64,000 nucleotides of DNA from Octopus sinensis (GCF_006345805.1 NC_043010.1:44454001-44518000), one strand, 5' to 3'. Shown: positions 47,674 to 61,370, counted from the first letter of the stretch. The notes: generated from the letters alone by a model not told the origin. Translations and numbers: made by a program.

Positions 47674-50284
47674 ATATATGTATGTGTGTATATATATAAG
47701 AGAGAGAGAGAGACGGAGGCTACATTCTTTGTTCTTTTTTTACCTACGCAGCACACAAGCAATCAAATAAACGTACTGGCGCACTTCGCATAGAAAGTTA
47801 AAGGGAAAACTGTTCTAAAGTTAGAAATGTGGACAAAAAATATACAAAACCATTGCTTACCTTTGCTTTATATATTTTATTTGTTTATAAAAATTATTAC
47901 GAACAAGTTTTTCAAGACGTTCAAGCTAGTATGAATTTTCGAAAGCCTTAAAACTGATTTAAAATCCGCGGTGTACTGTCTGTGGACCACTGCCCTACAT
48001 TATTCAAATATGCCCTTCCTATTTTAACAAGGTGTGACATCAGGAAGATTTGACAGCTAAAACTACCAAGGCAAGTGACAACACAGAAATGAATTCTGTT
48101 ATATTTATTTAGTGATGAAGTTTATGTATTTAGAATTTGGAAATACAAACAAAACAATTCATGGAAATGATTGCAACAAAGGAAAACAGTACAAGAGGGT
48201 GATCGAAAAGACAAGAAAATTCGTTAACCGATTGAAAATAAAAAGAATGGTGTGTTGACAAAAATCAAGGCGTAAAAAGTGGACTCGGCAATACATGTTT
48301 TCAGAACTCCTTATTTATATACTCAGAACTCCTTGTTTTATAGCTGAACCTAATTACAGCAAAGTAGACTGCCAGCAATAGTTAAAAGATGAGAAATCGA
48401 ATCATTGACCCTTCGATCAAAAATCGAAGATTAGCTATTCTGTCTACTTGAATAATAATTGTGACTGGTTGGTAATAATCATATCTTGTAAACTTGTTAT
48501 TCATGACAATTTCTAGTAGGAACGATTATTTGTTTGTATGTCGACTGTATGTGCACGCATGAGTGTATGTGTGAATGTGATACAGAGATAAGATTTGTCG
48601 AGCAAACCAGCCATGAAAGGCGTTCGAACCGTAGCCGTCATGTTTTGTATATGAAGGACTACATTGACAAGGCGAGCTTACTCGTTTAAGGCAATGGGAC
48701 TTGATTTGAGAGTGATTTTGCAGTTATTTCCAGCAGGTTGAGCGTAAGGGCTCCTGTTTTGAAATAAACTTATCTGTTTACACACGTACACATGCTTTAA
48801 AAGTCAGCTGGTTGGACGGGTGTACTCATTAATGACGTATCAACGTAAGTTATGTCAAGAAGTTGGTTCATGTTTATATGCTTACATAACTTTTATTAGG
48901 TATGTAGACTAAGAAATTCATATTCAGCAATGATATCGTAACAGAAAAACGAACAAATATATCCACCAAGATCAGAAGTAAACTTATTATTATAAGTTGA
49001 ATCCATTTCAATTCACTTAATATTTCTGGCGGTAACTGTCTTAACTCTCCTCTATAAAACGAAGGCCTTCGATATTCGCTAGAACCAATAATGTACAGGT
49101 ACTTATACTATCATTAAGAGGGATCAAAAATGTGGAGCCTTGTGCAAACTTGAAAGTATATACGACCGTAAACTTGAAAATTCCTACAATGGAATGTACA
49201 ATTTAGCTGTTTCAATTTCCTTTTTCAAACCATGTCACTAAACTAACTTTTGAGAAAGAAAAGCCTGAATATTACAATTTCTCATTTACCTTCCCGTAAC
49301 AACATTTTGAACTTTGTGCTTATGTGAAAAAATAAATAGAATTATGTCATAGTGTGACAGTAAAATCACAATGAGCCTCTATAGCGACCCCACCACTTAC
49401 AATTCCTGATCGAAGTAGAGTTACTTCATTTTACTTAACTTATAATTTTGTGAAAGACATATACGTCATATAATCCCATTTTCTTACTCTTACTATGAGA
49501 CCTTATATTTAGATAAAAAAAATTATGTTCATCCAAACTCTTCCAAACAAACATAGAAAAGACATCTGACACCTGACGGGTCGGCCCGAAATGAACTAAC
49601 CAAGTTCAAAGGCGTTCCAGCCGTAGAAAGTTCGCATTTTAAAGCTATCTAGGTCTCTATCATCCAATGATTTCTTCCTTTTTCGATGCGGCAGGCTTTC
49701 ATTAGAGGAAGAAATTAGCTGCTATATCTAGCAGCCCAAGCGGCCACGCAGTTTTTTTTCCTTGACTCGTTTAAGTCTCATCCTGAAGGCGGAAACATTT
49801 TCACACATATACGCGCGCGCACACAGACACACACACGTGTGCCTGTCAAATTTATACTGAAATTTATAAAATTACAACGACTATCACATATATAAAGTAA
49901 AATAAGAAGCAGGTTATAAAGATAAAAATCCGAAATTGGCGAGAAAAATATATCGATTATTGATTTTTGCTACTTGGGAAGAGAGAAAGAAAATACGCAT
50001 ATACAAACACAGCCAAAATGTTGTCGACTGAATTCTAACAAAATCAATTATAAATACACACCTGTATATCAACACACACACAGATAGTTAGATAGATAGA
50101 TAGATAAAGGGAGGGAGAGAAAGATAGATAGAAAAACAGAGAGCTGGGCAAACTTGCATAATATACATGAAATAACTTCGACTTCGCGTACACGTACACA
50201 CTGACAATACGGCGCAAATAATAACAATATACACATCACCTCTGTTTCAGACATGGACACATGCGTATATGTATTAAATGCATG

Positions 50285-50324
50285 TTTACACACACACATA
50301 TATATATATATATATATGTGTATG

Positions 50325-50394
<70 letters not shown>

Positions 50395-50395
50395 T
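50285..50395. repeat. compound (CA)/(TA)/(GT) microsatellite (others at 47445-47497, 47620-47712, 53190-53248, 53680-53766)
   Basis: Directly visible. Confidence 0.95.
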
Positions 50396-50944
50396 AAAAA
50401 CACGCCCGCCCGCGCAATCATTGCGTCAACAAAGTTTCACAAATGTTTTTTATGTAAATTGCTTTACTTACCTGCAAACCAATTTTCTAGATGTACGTAC
50501 GTCTCAGTAAAAATCCGAGTAAGAAATGAGAAACAGCGAATAGTTGATGTGAAGAAGGAATACGGTGATAGGGGAGGGAGGAGGGTGGTAGCAGGTTGTG
50601 TGAGATACTTCTCAGTGGTTGTAAATAATAATAACAATAATAGTAATCCTTTCTATGGTTGTGAGGAGTGGAGGGAGAAGTACATCAACTGCTAAGTTTC
50701 AGAGTGGAGCGAAATGTAAGCAAAACCTGAACACGGGGGAAGAATCGTCATGAAAATCTGACTGTGATAAAACGAGGGAAGGGGCGCCGTGGTTTGTGGT
50801 GATAGTTTGGCTAATTCAGCTGTTGGTGGTGGCGGCGGCGGTGTGTCTTGCTGCAGCTGCTGTAATTTGTTGTTGTTATTGTTACTGCTGTAATTCCTCT
50901 GGTTGTGACAGTTAAACGTGGCTTGCTGCTGTTGTCATTGTTGT

Positions 50945-52980
50945 TTTGTTCCAAATCTCCTCTCTTCAAAAGCATTTGAACCATGACCGGTCTATCCTCT
51001 CTAATATTACGTATGTTGGACTATATTATCCAATGTGCCCTATTTTCTTAAAAGACGGTAAGGTGTGATTTAAGGGAGGATTGGCTGCTATTTCTAGCAG
51101 GTCGAGCTATTGCGTAGAAGATCCTTCGATAGTTCGTTTTTACTGTTATCACTGTTATAGTTACCTAGGTCGTTCCTTAGCCCCAGGTTAACTCTACTTC
51201 AAGCAGACTTATGATCAATGCTATTGCAGTCACAAACATTCCACTTTTCTTTTGGGCATAAATTCTCTAGGTCTGCATTATCCAATCTGTCGTTCCTTTA
51301 AAAGCCGGTAGAATGAATTCATGGAAAATCTGGCACCTTCGAGCACATTCTTTTAAGCGTAGTTTTTAAAACCTGCTTCTTAACTTTAAAAATAAAAAGG
51401 AAAAAAAGTCTTCGAATTTTTTAAAACAACAGATTCGGCATATTTTCCTTTTAAACAATATAAAGTACTTTGAAAATTAGAGAAGCTCAATCTAATGTTT
51501 TATAAATTTAATATTTTATATATTAATTACATGGATATTTTTTAAAAACCTTAATATTTTACAATAACTGTTGTATTAGTTTTCAAAATAATAAAATTAA
51601 CGTGTATTCATTAACGAAAGCATTGTGTTGTTACATTTACTGAAAATGTAAAATGCTGCTGTTTCAATTGATAAGGAATGGAAATATATTTGCAAATGTA
51701 AACAAAGAATGTTGTATTTACAACTTCAACTGTAAACGAAATATATTTTAAAACAAAATTTACTACAACATCTAAGAGCCCTAATCAGTTTCTGATAATA
51801 AAAAAAGAAACCTATCAAAATGGAAAAAAACTACAGAATCTGAATCTGATGTTCAAAACAATAATCCGAAGACCGTTAGGGAAAAAATGGCACGATCAAT
51901 AAGTTTTGGGTGTGGGGTAACTGCCCACGCTGAAATGCCCTACTATCGCTCTCTCGGTGGCTCAATAATGGAAACATTATTATTTAGTCCTATTTCAATC
52001 CTGATTGGCTCGAACAATGACTTATATCATTCTTACCGTGACCATCCCGTTATTCGGTATATCAGGAAATGCACTGACCAAAGTGTCCGCTTTTAAGACA
52101 GTTGAGTATAATTTGAGGGTGATTTGGTTGCTATTTCTAGTAGATCGCGCGACCGCAGAGAAGTCCTGGTGTTGATGGTGGTTTGATTATGGTAGGAAAA
52201 ATACTGCTGCTGATATTATTTTTAGTGCTATGTCAGCCCTGATCTAAAAAAAACAAACAAACTATAAAGACACTCCAACCATGATCATCCAGTCTTTGTT
52301 TAAGGTATGCTTCAACAAATATATTAACTTTGACATAAGTCTCCTTCCCTTTTCAACATGATATGGTATGATTTATGAGAGATGTAGCTGCTATTTCTAG
52401 AAGGTCGAACCACAGAGAAGTATTCTTTCTTTGGGTTGTAGGTGTCATTGTCTAATCTCAAGAAAGCCTTTGTTGCACAGACATACCATCAAAAGACTTG
52501 CCAGCTGTGACTATCCTGACATTTAGTAAATCAGAATCTATATTACTCAATGTATCCTTCATTTTTGAAGATGGTAGAGTGAGATTTTAGTGATTTGGCT
52601 ACTTTTTTTTCCCCCAATCTCTTTTCTGCAAATGCAAAGTGGCTGAATATAAGTTTGAATGTGTACAGACAGACAGACAGGCAAATAGATAGATAGATAG
52701 ATAGATAACTAATAGTGTGTCGTTGCAGACAGTTGTGATGGTAAATGTCATTTAGGTATCTGTATTCACGTGCAAGAATAATGAAGCCTCTATCTGGTTG
52801 CTCAGCTTGCTAGAATTAACAACTAAACCTCTTCAAACTTCTACCAACCAACCATCTTGAAAAGAGAAGGACACATTGGATTACGATTATTGTAGGTCCT
52901 TGTGGGATGATAATGGCTGGAATGCTTTTGAGGCCTGTCAAATCAGAGCTGGCCAGGGGCTAAACAACAACAACAATGAT
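50945..52980. repeat. cluster of family C repeat copies
   Basis: At least five copies (about 50945, 51170, 52220, 52440, 52780) with the gatttggctgctatttctag core. Confidence 0.65.
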
Positions 52981-53214
52981 ACATTTTTATACAATAGTAA
53001 TAAGTCATTATTCTACAAAGACATAAAACCAGTTTCACAAGGAAGAATAATAATTGATAAAGTATCACTGATACTTCTTTTATTGACCCCCAAAATGCAA
53101 ATTTTCCTCCATTAATATCTGAACTCAAGATAGAGAGTTAGAACTAAATCTAGCATTCAACTGTTTTAGCTATTCTTCTCTCTCTCTCCCTCTCCCCCTC
53201 TCTCTGTATGTATG

Positions 53215-53247
<33 letters not shown>

Positions 53248-53251
<4 letters not shown>

Positions 53252-53421
53252 GGAAAGTTTACAAAAATAAACAAAAGACAAAGACAGGTGGTGTACAAAA
53301 CAAACAGATGTATTAGTATAGCACTCAGGAATAGAAAAAGTCTTTTACGTTTCGAGCCTACGCTCTTCTACAGAAAGGGACACAGAAAACAAACAAGGAG
53401 AGAAAAAAATGTGTGTAGTGG

Positions 53422-53424
<3 letters not shown>
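53248..53424. mobile_element. small (TA)n-embedded element with hammerhead-like motif (Penelope-like derivative suspected)
   Basis: Minus strand cttt CTGTAGA a gagc-gtag-gctc GAAA c GTA aaag at 53339-53380; TA runs on both sides. Confidence 0.55.
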
Positions 53425-53455
<31 letters not shown>

Positions 53456-53691
53456 TATATACAAGAGGGTGCTGAAAAGTTCTTGACTTTGGGTAAACGA
53501 AAATACAGGAGGATCAGTTAATTATGATTTTATTCAACATATTCTTGTCTCAGATTCACACACTTATTGCAGTGGTCCATCAGTACTTGTAAGCCCTGTA
53601 AAAGAACTTGGAAAGTTGGGTCCCAAACAGGCCTTTGGCAATAACTTAAAGACGGGAACTTTTCTGCATCTCCTCATGTACACACACACAT

Positions 53692-53766
<75 letters not shown>

Positions 53767-54465
53767 ATGACTAAGATATCTGGCAGTATGAGGTGCTTGA
53801 GAGCACCACCCCACTGCCACTTCAGTGAAAGTGAGTTCTGGAAGTGCCTTGTATACCATTCACATGTAACATTAATTCACACACCCTACCCCTATGAACC
53901 AAACTACATTTCTTCATGCATTATGCTTCTCTCTCCCACTCAACCCCAATTCCTGTAGCCCAACTCTGCTCTGTCATTTCTATCTATCTCCCCTGACCTC
54001 TCTCTACCAACTGCATCATTGCTGTCCAGTCACTCCTTTATATACTTGCATTTTATCACTCACTGCATTCCCCTCTTTCCCTCCCCTCTCCTCCTTTTGC
54101 ACCTTCACGAACTCCCTCTTCTCTCTGAACAATCCTCTATCACCCTTGTATCTTGAGAGAACGTTCTAGCATACTGCCACCATCTGTCTCACATACACAC
54201 ATTCTCTCTCTCTCTCCCTCTCTCTCCAATTGGGTGACCATTTATTTCAAAGGCAAGACACCTGTTTCTGTCCTTCTATCATAGTTTAAACTCTCATTAC
54301 CTGGAACAAAGCCACCTCCTTCAACATCACTTCTCCTCTCAGCTGAAGGGTTTTTATCTTACAAGTTATGTGATGACCTCACCGGTACTGTTTCCACATA
54401 AAAAGCACCCAGTCCACTCTGTAAAGTGGTTGGTGTTAGGAAGGGCATCCAACCATAAAACCAGT
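53767..54465 (+). mobile_element. RTE LINE 3' end and long 3' UTR
   Basis: Begins atgactaagatatctggcagtatgaggtgcttgagag and ends cataaaaagcacccagtccactctgtaaagtggttggtgttaggaagggcatcc. Confidence 0.6.
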
Positions 54466-54974
54466 TTATATTTTATAGAGGTCTGTTGCATATATATATA
54501 GTAGAAGCACTTCTAATATTAAATAACAATAGAAAGTCAAATATTTGGGAAAGAGTTTTGTCAATAATATTAGCTGTCATCTATTTTATTATCCTCAGAA
54601 GGATGAAAGACAGTAACCAATGTGGAATTTAAACTTATAATGTAAAGATAGGCCACCAAATCTGTCTTCTCTCCAAATAGTTCAGCAAAATGCTGCTAAA
54701 AATAATTACACCTCTGCTTGGAATTGGTCACCAATGCCTGTCATGGATTGAGAGAGGAAGTTTGAATGACTGTCTTGTAGCCATGTGCTATTTCCATTCC
54801 CACAAATCTCAGAGTACATAGTTAACTCTGTCAATACAAAATGGCAATGCCCAATTGCTGTTCTTACAACCAATGAGTATCCACAAACACTTAGCTTCTT
54901 ATTTTCCTCTTCATTACACATTAGTTTCTTTTTTTGGCTTCTCCATTTCTTTAATTGTGACAAAGGTGTGTCCT

Positions 54975-55330
54975 AGCTTCCTTTCTCACTCTTATTTTCT
55001 CATTCTCTTCATCTCCGACTCTTGATTTCTGGCTTTCTCTTTTACTATCCACCTTTTTCCTCTTTCATTTTTCTATAAACTTTCTTTTTTGCATAGTTTT
55101 TCTTTTCATTCTTTTTTCCTAACTCTCCTTTTGTCCTTCCTTTGTTCTCATTAATATGTCTTTTCTTGTTAATTTTCTTTTTTACTATTCTCATCTTTCT
55201 CTCTCTTCCCGTCTTTCTTTCTCTCATTCTCTTCTCTTTTTCACTATAATCCTTTCCTGTATTTCCAGTTATGTATAGTTTTTTTCTTCTTCTTCCCTCT
55301 GATTGTCTCTCTTTTAGTTTTCTCTTGACA
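54975..55330 (+). repeat. long pyrimidine-rich low-complexity tract
   Basis: About 350 nt dominated by C/T; a similar tract lies at 26280-26540. Confidence 0.8.
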
Positions 55331-55901
55331 ATGAATTACATTGACTGCTAGGTGCTCTGGTAGGTAGGTTATGTTAGGTTACTCATGAGTGCTACTAGTA
55401 GTATATAATTGAGTACAACCTGTGTTAGGTTATCGGTGACCAAACTAGCAGCCTATACTAAAACAGCCAGGTGAAAAGGGATGCTGCAAGCCAAGCAGAA
55501 GAAAAACAAGACCTGTCAAAAAGATGGATGAACCTTGTTTTAAGTCGATGGTTACCCAACAAAAATGTATAAGGTGGGGTGGGAGTGATGGATGAGTAAG
55601 CATATAGTAAGACTACTGTGCTCTGGTGCTCTTCAACTATGAGGAAGGCTATTTATCTAGAAGAGAGTCAGGCTGAATAAAATCTTGGTAGATCAAGAGA
55701 ATATAATTTTCCATCTGCAACCATTTGTTGAACCCAGTGATCTAAATATTTACTTAACTTTTGGGGAATTTTGCATAAGGTCAAATAAGACAGTATGATA
55801 GTGTGCAAACCACAATTTCCTTTTGTCTTAAATATCTTAGATCTTATCCGTGATATGTGTTTCTTGTTAACATAGATAGGTCGCTTAATTGTTGAACTAT
55901 T

Positions 55902-56129
55902 TTAACTCTTTCATACTTAAACCAGTCAAATCTAGCCAAAATATTCAATTTGTTTTATGTTCAAACTGGCCACATCTAGCCCTTCACACCAATCCTATAA
56001 TATCATTCTAAAAATTAACAGTAACCTTATCAAAATCCCTAAGCTACAAGATAATGCATGATTAATTTGAAACCATGTGAATAAATAAGCTTTACTTTTG
56101 ATAGAATAATTTGAATGCTAAAGGGTTAA
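55902..56129. mobile_element. piggyBac-like MITE (TTAA-flanked, c(t/c)cttt ends)
   Basis: ttaactcttt at the left end and aaagggttaa at the right end. Confidence 0.5.
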
Positions 56130-57490
56130 AATTTTTCTAACAACTTTTGAGTATTATATTCATCTGGGCTAAAAAGTCAGCTTTGTTTTGCAGTTCAGAA
56201 CAAGTAACACTCATGGTCATTATGGACAATGTAGCAGCAGTAAAGTGAACCTGGAAGTGTTGCCAGGGACTCCAAAAAGGATTTTCTCTTTTTCATAAAG
56301 GACTGTACCTTTAGAATTAGTCCGTCCTGAGATATGTATGTGGTGCCTTGTCTCTATCAGTTTCCTGCATGCTTTTGACAGCTCTTGTCCCATTGAGTTG
56401 ACTTTTTCCATCAGATTGGCAGATGGGGAGGTAAACATCTCTGACTCATCTGGTGGTGGTGATCCAGTAAACTATTAGGTTTTTGGGTCACCACCATATC
56501 TGTCACTAAGGGTGTGCACTGGATGGTACTGCCCCTTCACTATTCAATGGTGCACCCTCAGATTTAGAAAATACAGTTTACAAAAATTTTCCCACAATAC
56601 AAATTAGTGCCCTCCCAAAGTCTGGTGATGGGCATGGTCACAACTGAAAAGCCAGACACCATGTAGTAATTCAAGGGCACAGAAAGACTTGAGTTCAGCA
56701 CTGAAAGCTTTTAAAAAAATGGTTAATTTTTACTCTGCAACCACTATTTAGAAGTTGCTGCTTAGAAATAAGGAAGTTGGTTCTTGGAAGTTAAATGTCT
56801 CATTGGCCACAAATACAATGCAGTGATTAAAACAAAGTATGAACATTTCACCTTTTGTATGACTCTTCAGTACCATATTGAGTTAACCATATGTGCTCTA
56901 ACCCAACTTGCCTGCAATGAAATAAATCCTGGATTTGGATTTCCTAGAGAGGAAATATCAAGCCTATAACCTGGTGAAGTACATTCTAAATCATAAAGGA
57001 AATTATTTGTAGAGTAGCAGCTGACATTAGAAATAAGGTCATAAACTGGACACCTGATACTCTGTATGATAGCTTGAAATATACACTGTCAGCCTCACCG
57101 AGGCATTAGGTGTGACTTTGTACCAGCTTTAATGGTTAAAAATTGGTACCATCACTAGTTAGGAATGTTACATTCATTGGATTTGTATCTTAGGAGTGGG
57201 GAACTATTATTTGTCTACTTAAATAATAGAATCTAAGTATGGGTTATTATACGTTTTTCAGGAGTCTGAAAAATATTTGCATTTTGCATTAAATTCAAGT
57301 GTTGAGATGGTGTGGTTTCAGACCTTTCCTGGACAATGTAAGCAAAGCAGTTTCAGTACCAAAACATACAATATCTTTTCTTCAAGAAAATGAGGTAACA
57401 TGCAATAAATGCAGTAGTTCAATCTGCTAGAAATAGTAGCCAAATCTCCTTTGAATCACAACCTACTGTCTTAAAAATAGTAATGCACTA

Positions 57491-57922
57491 GGCGCAGGAG
57501 TGGCTGTGTGGTAAGTAGCTTGCTTACCAACCACATGGTTCCGGGTTCAGTCCCACTGCGTGGCACCTTGGGCAAGTGTCTTCTGCTACAGCCCCGGGCC
57601 AACCAATGCCTTGTGAGTGGATTTGGTAGACGGAAACTGAAAGAAGCCTGTCGTATATATGTGTGTATATATATATATATATGTATGTGTGTGTATATGT
57701 TTGTGTGTCTGTGTTTGTCCCCCCCAGCATTGCTTGACAACCGATGCTGGTGTGTTTGCGTCCCCGTTACTTAGCGGTTCGGCAAAAGAGACCGATAGAA
57801 TAAGTACTGGGGCTTACAAAAGAATAAGTCCCGGGGTCGATTTGCTCGACTAAAGGCGGTGCTCCAGCATGGCCGCAGTCAAATGACTGAAACAAGTAAA
57901 AGAGAAAAAAAAGAGAAAGAGA
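57491..57922 (+). mobile_element. SINE family A, full-length young copy
   Basis: Near-identical to 192-592. Confidence 0.9.
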
Positions 57923-58454
57923 ACTATATATACAAAAAAAGTCTTTCATATATAAAGATGAGATGGTCATGACTGGAATGCTGACATGGAGTCCCATCTC
58001 ATCAATGAAGGTTGACCTGGGGCAAAACAATATCTTTTCTTTACTCTCATTTGACAGTTAGAGAAGCATGCTAAGTTGTATAAATTATTGGTTCATGAGT
58101 CATGAGTTTACTTGAATAAAATGACTGAAATATATATACTAATAACTATTGGCAGATTATGAGAAAATCATAAATCAAATAAAGCTTTGATGACAATTGC
58201 AGCTTAATGATAGGTTGAATAAGAAAATGAACAAATAGAATTTCTTATCACAACACCAGGCAATACAATTTTAGCTGACATATTTGAGATTTGTTTTTGA
58301 TTTATTTGGAGTTGCTAAAACCCAAAATCACATTGGTCTTTGTCTATTGCATTCATTTTTTATTCTACGACATACAGCAGTTTTAATAATCACTAAATTA
58401 CAATAAAGGGATCAGTTTTGCCCTATCAGCATTGGTTTAAGATCAGTGTTTATT

Positions 58455-58803
58455 CTTTTGTTTTGGTCATTTGACTGTGTGGCCATGCTGGAGCACCACC
58501 TTGAAGGGTTTTAGTTGAACAAATTGACCTTAGGACATTTTTTAAGCCTAGTACTTATTCTATCAATCTCTTTTGTTGAGCTGCTAAGTTACAGGGACAT
58601 AGACACACCAATACCAGTTGTCAAGCAGTGATGGGGGGACAAACACAAAGACAGACACACACACACACACACAAGTTTCTTTCTGTTTCCATCTTCCAAA
58701 TCCACTCACAAGGTTTTGGTTGACACAAGGTTATAGCAGAAGACACTTGCCCAAGGTGCAATGCAGTGGGACTGAACCTGGAACCATGTGGCTGGGAAGC
58801 AAG
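58455..58803 (-). mobile_element. SINE family A abutting a hAT-like MITE
   Basis: Reverse complement of family A; head cut at 58803. Confidence 0.8.
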
Positions 58804-59040
58804 CAACCAATTTTTTACCTATGGACCTCTTTGATTCCTATTTTACTTGGATGGACCCTCCAAGCCATTTGATGTTTAAAAAATCATATTATATTTGTAT
58901 AATTAAATATTATTAGAAATTGTACAGAAAAATTGTTAAAATATTTCATAGAAGTATAACCAATTTATTGCAAATAAACTTTAACAACAAAGTCTTATAT
59001 GGGCCCTAAGGGCTATATGGACCCCATTTGAGAACCACTG
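58804..59040. mobile_element. hAT/Charlie-like MITE lacking its left terminus
   Basis: Matches 36325-36549; ends ttgagaaccactg. Confidence 0.7.
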
Positions 59041-59172
59041 GTTTAACTGATACAGCATAATACATCATACCTTTATGTATGTTGTTGTGTCCACTTGTAT
59101 GCTGAAATTAGGGATCTCACTTACTCTTTATATTTTGTTGGTTAGCAGTTAGACCTGTTATGAAATATATTT

Positions 59173-59376
59173 GCTGGCAGAATTGATAGCACACCAGGCA
59201 AAATGCTTAGCTGTATTTCACCCATCTTTACATTCTGAGTTCAAATTCTGCCAAGGTCAACTTTGCCTTCTATCTTTTCAGGGTTGATAAAATAGTACCA
59301 TTTGAGCACTGGAGGCAATGTAACTTATCTCCTCCCCCAAAATTGCTGGCCTTGCGTCAGAATTTGAAACCAATAT
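59173..59376 (+). mobile_element. SINE family B
   Basis: gctggcagaattgatagc...ttctgagttcaaattctgccaaggtcaactttgcc. Confidence 0.8.
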
Positions 59377-61370
59377 TAATGTTATCTATATAGTGTTATC
59401 ATAATATAGTAGTATATATCATTAAAACAAACTTATATTACTAAATTCGGTTGATTCAGCACAGAAGTTTAGAGTAAAGCCATTCAACAAAGGAGGTGTC
59501 TGCTTTGGCTTTTATGAAGCAAATTTTGTGGACTGGATATAAAAAAAAACCTACAGAAGCAGGATCTTTATAGCCCCCAGATAAATGAACTTATAAAATA
59601 TATAGTCCTACTAGGGTCTCTAATTTCTGTGCACAAGTGGATATACCAGCATATAAAGGGATGTGCTGTATCTCCAAAACAAGAGCTGATATGACAAAAC
59701 TGGTGGTATGATTGGAATCAGTGTCTCAACTATATTGAAGAATAATAGATCTAACCTTCAACATAGCTTTCTTTACTTTTTTGTTTTTTTGATTTTCTGT
59801 CAGTGTTATTAAACATCTGGTTCTGTTCTGTTTGTTGTCTTTGTTTTTTTTTTCTTTTTTGTTTGTGTGTGTGTGTGCATGCATGTTTGTGTGTGCATGC
59901 ATGTGTGTGTGTGTGTGTGTGTGTGGCTAAAAAACAGATCAGAAAGTAGAGAGAATTATATTTTTTTAAAAGAAAACATTGAAGGTAACAGAAAATTTGC
60001 AACTAAAGTATAAAAGAAATGAAAACATTTCAAATACTTTTTATTAATTCCTGGTGAGCCAAATGCTCACCCAGATATCAATTCCTCCTGCATCTACTTT
60101 AAGCGATAGTATCTTTAAAAAGGCACAAATATCAAAACATTCTATTTCCCTCCCTTCAAAGTCTGTAGCATTGTCCTTTTGTAAGGTGTGATATATAAAT
60201 TAAAGATAGAGATAAAAAAGATTTTAATCCTGATTTTGAGTTTTTATCTTTGTACTCCCATGTACAGAACATCTTCCTTTCCTTGCCATTTTTATGAGTT
60301 GTCTCTATATTTCTCCTTTATAACTTCATAGAATGAAACCAATGATAAAATGTACAGATATGATGGAGAGAGTGGAATGATGTTCATTACCTTCTCAGTT
60401 ATGGTTTATCAGCAATGATTAGGATAGCTTAATGCAAACCACATGGTTGTGAGCAAACTTTTTAGCAACATAACTTTGCTTATTTCCTTATAAGGATTTA
60501 TTACTTCAATAAATTGTATTAAATTGTCACATGTCTTTGTTTTTTACAGTTGCCTCCTTATTGATATGCTAACTATCTATTGAATATATGACAGTCTGCT
60601 TCAATAGGTGTAAATGCTAAAATGGAAAATGCTCATAATGGCAAAATATTGAAGGAGGAATGTAACTCTGAGCAATGCTTGTTGATGTGAATTCAGATTC
60701 ATTAAAAAGTATGTTCCTCAAGAAAATCTGATTACATTGTGTAATACGATTTTTGTCCTTGGGTAATAACTTATTTCCATTTGCTTACTCCTAGAAAATA
60801 TGAAAAATGGTTAATATTTCCTTCAAACTTTGCTTTTGTCACATTTATTTAAACCCCAAACTATGACTATGATGCTTCCCAACTACTCCTGTTCATGATC
60901 AGAGATGCACATGTTGTCAGTCACTAAGGGACATGCTGGTTAAAGTTAAGCAAATCTGTTGTACTGAGCAGAATATTTGTTATAATGATATTTCTGTTTC
61001 AGCAACTGGAATCTGTCTAAAATGTAATGGAAAATAGACGAGTTCCAAAACATTGATGTCTAGGCCATAAAAGCAAAATCTGAAGGGAATAGTAGTCATT
61101 TCCTTTGATTTCTGGATAGAAGCAAATAAGAAATAAATTTACTGACCAAAGGCAAAAGAAAAAAAATTTTGTTACACAGTGCTATAGATGTGTTTCAGGC
61201 AAGGCTGGGTATACATATTCTCTAGCAAATTCTGTTACATTGATGAAGCAAAGTTTATGCCCTTACAAGTGAATAGTTTTCCTATTTATACATGTATGCA
61301 ATCGGTCGTTAATATTTTTGAATAATTTCTTCATAATTGAGTTAATATTACAGCTGTGTAAATTTCAAAC

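Larger units (their letters stand above)
43190..52160. promoter_or_regulatory. CpG-retaining (putatively unmethylated) promoter or intergenic block
   Basis: CG dinucleotides are frequent here (e.g. 44761-44820) and rare in the flanks; diverged repeat copies inside keep their CpGs (45226-45362). Confidence 0.55.

Noticed and set aside
50069-50695. Long ORFs rich in YI/CV/TH
   Set aside because: Translations of dinucleotide microsatellites; the same applies to 47342-47793 and 53216-53859.
55045-55227. Lys/Glu/Arg-rich ORF
   Set aside because: Antisense reading of a pyrimidine-rich low-complexity tract.
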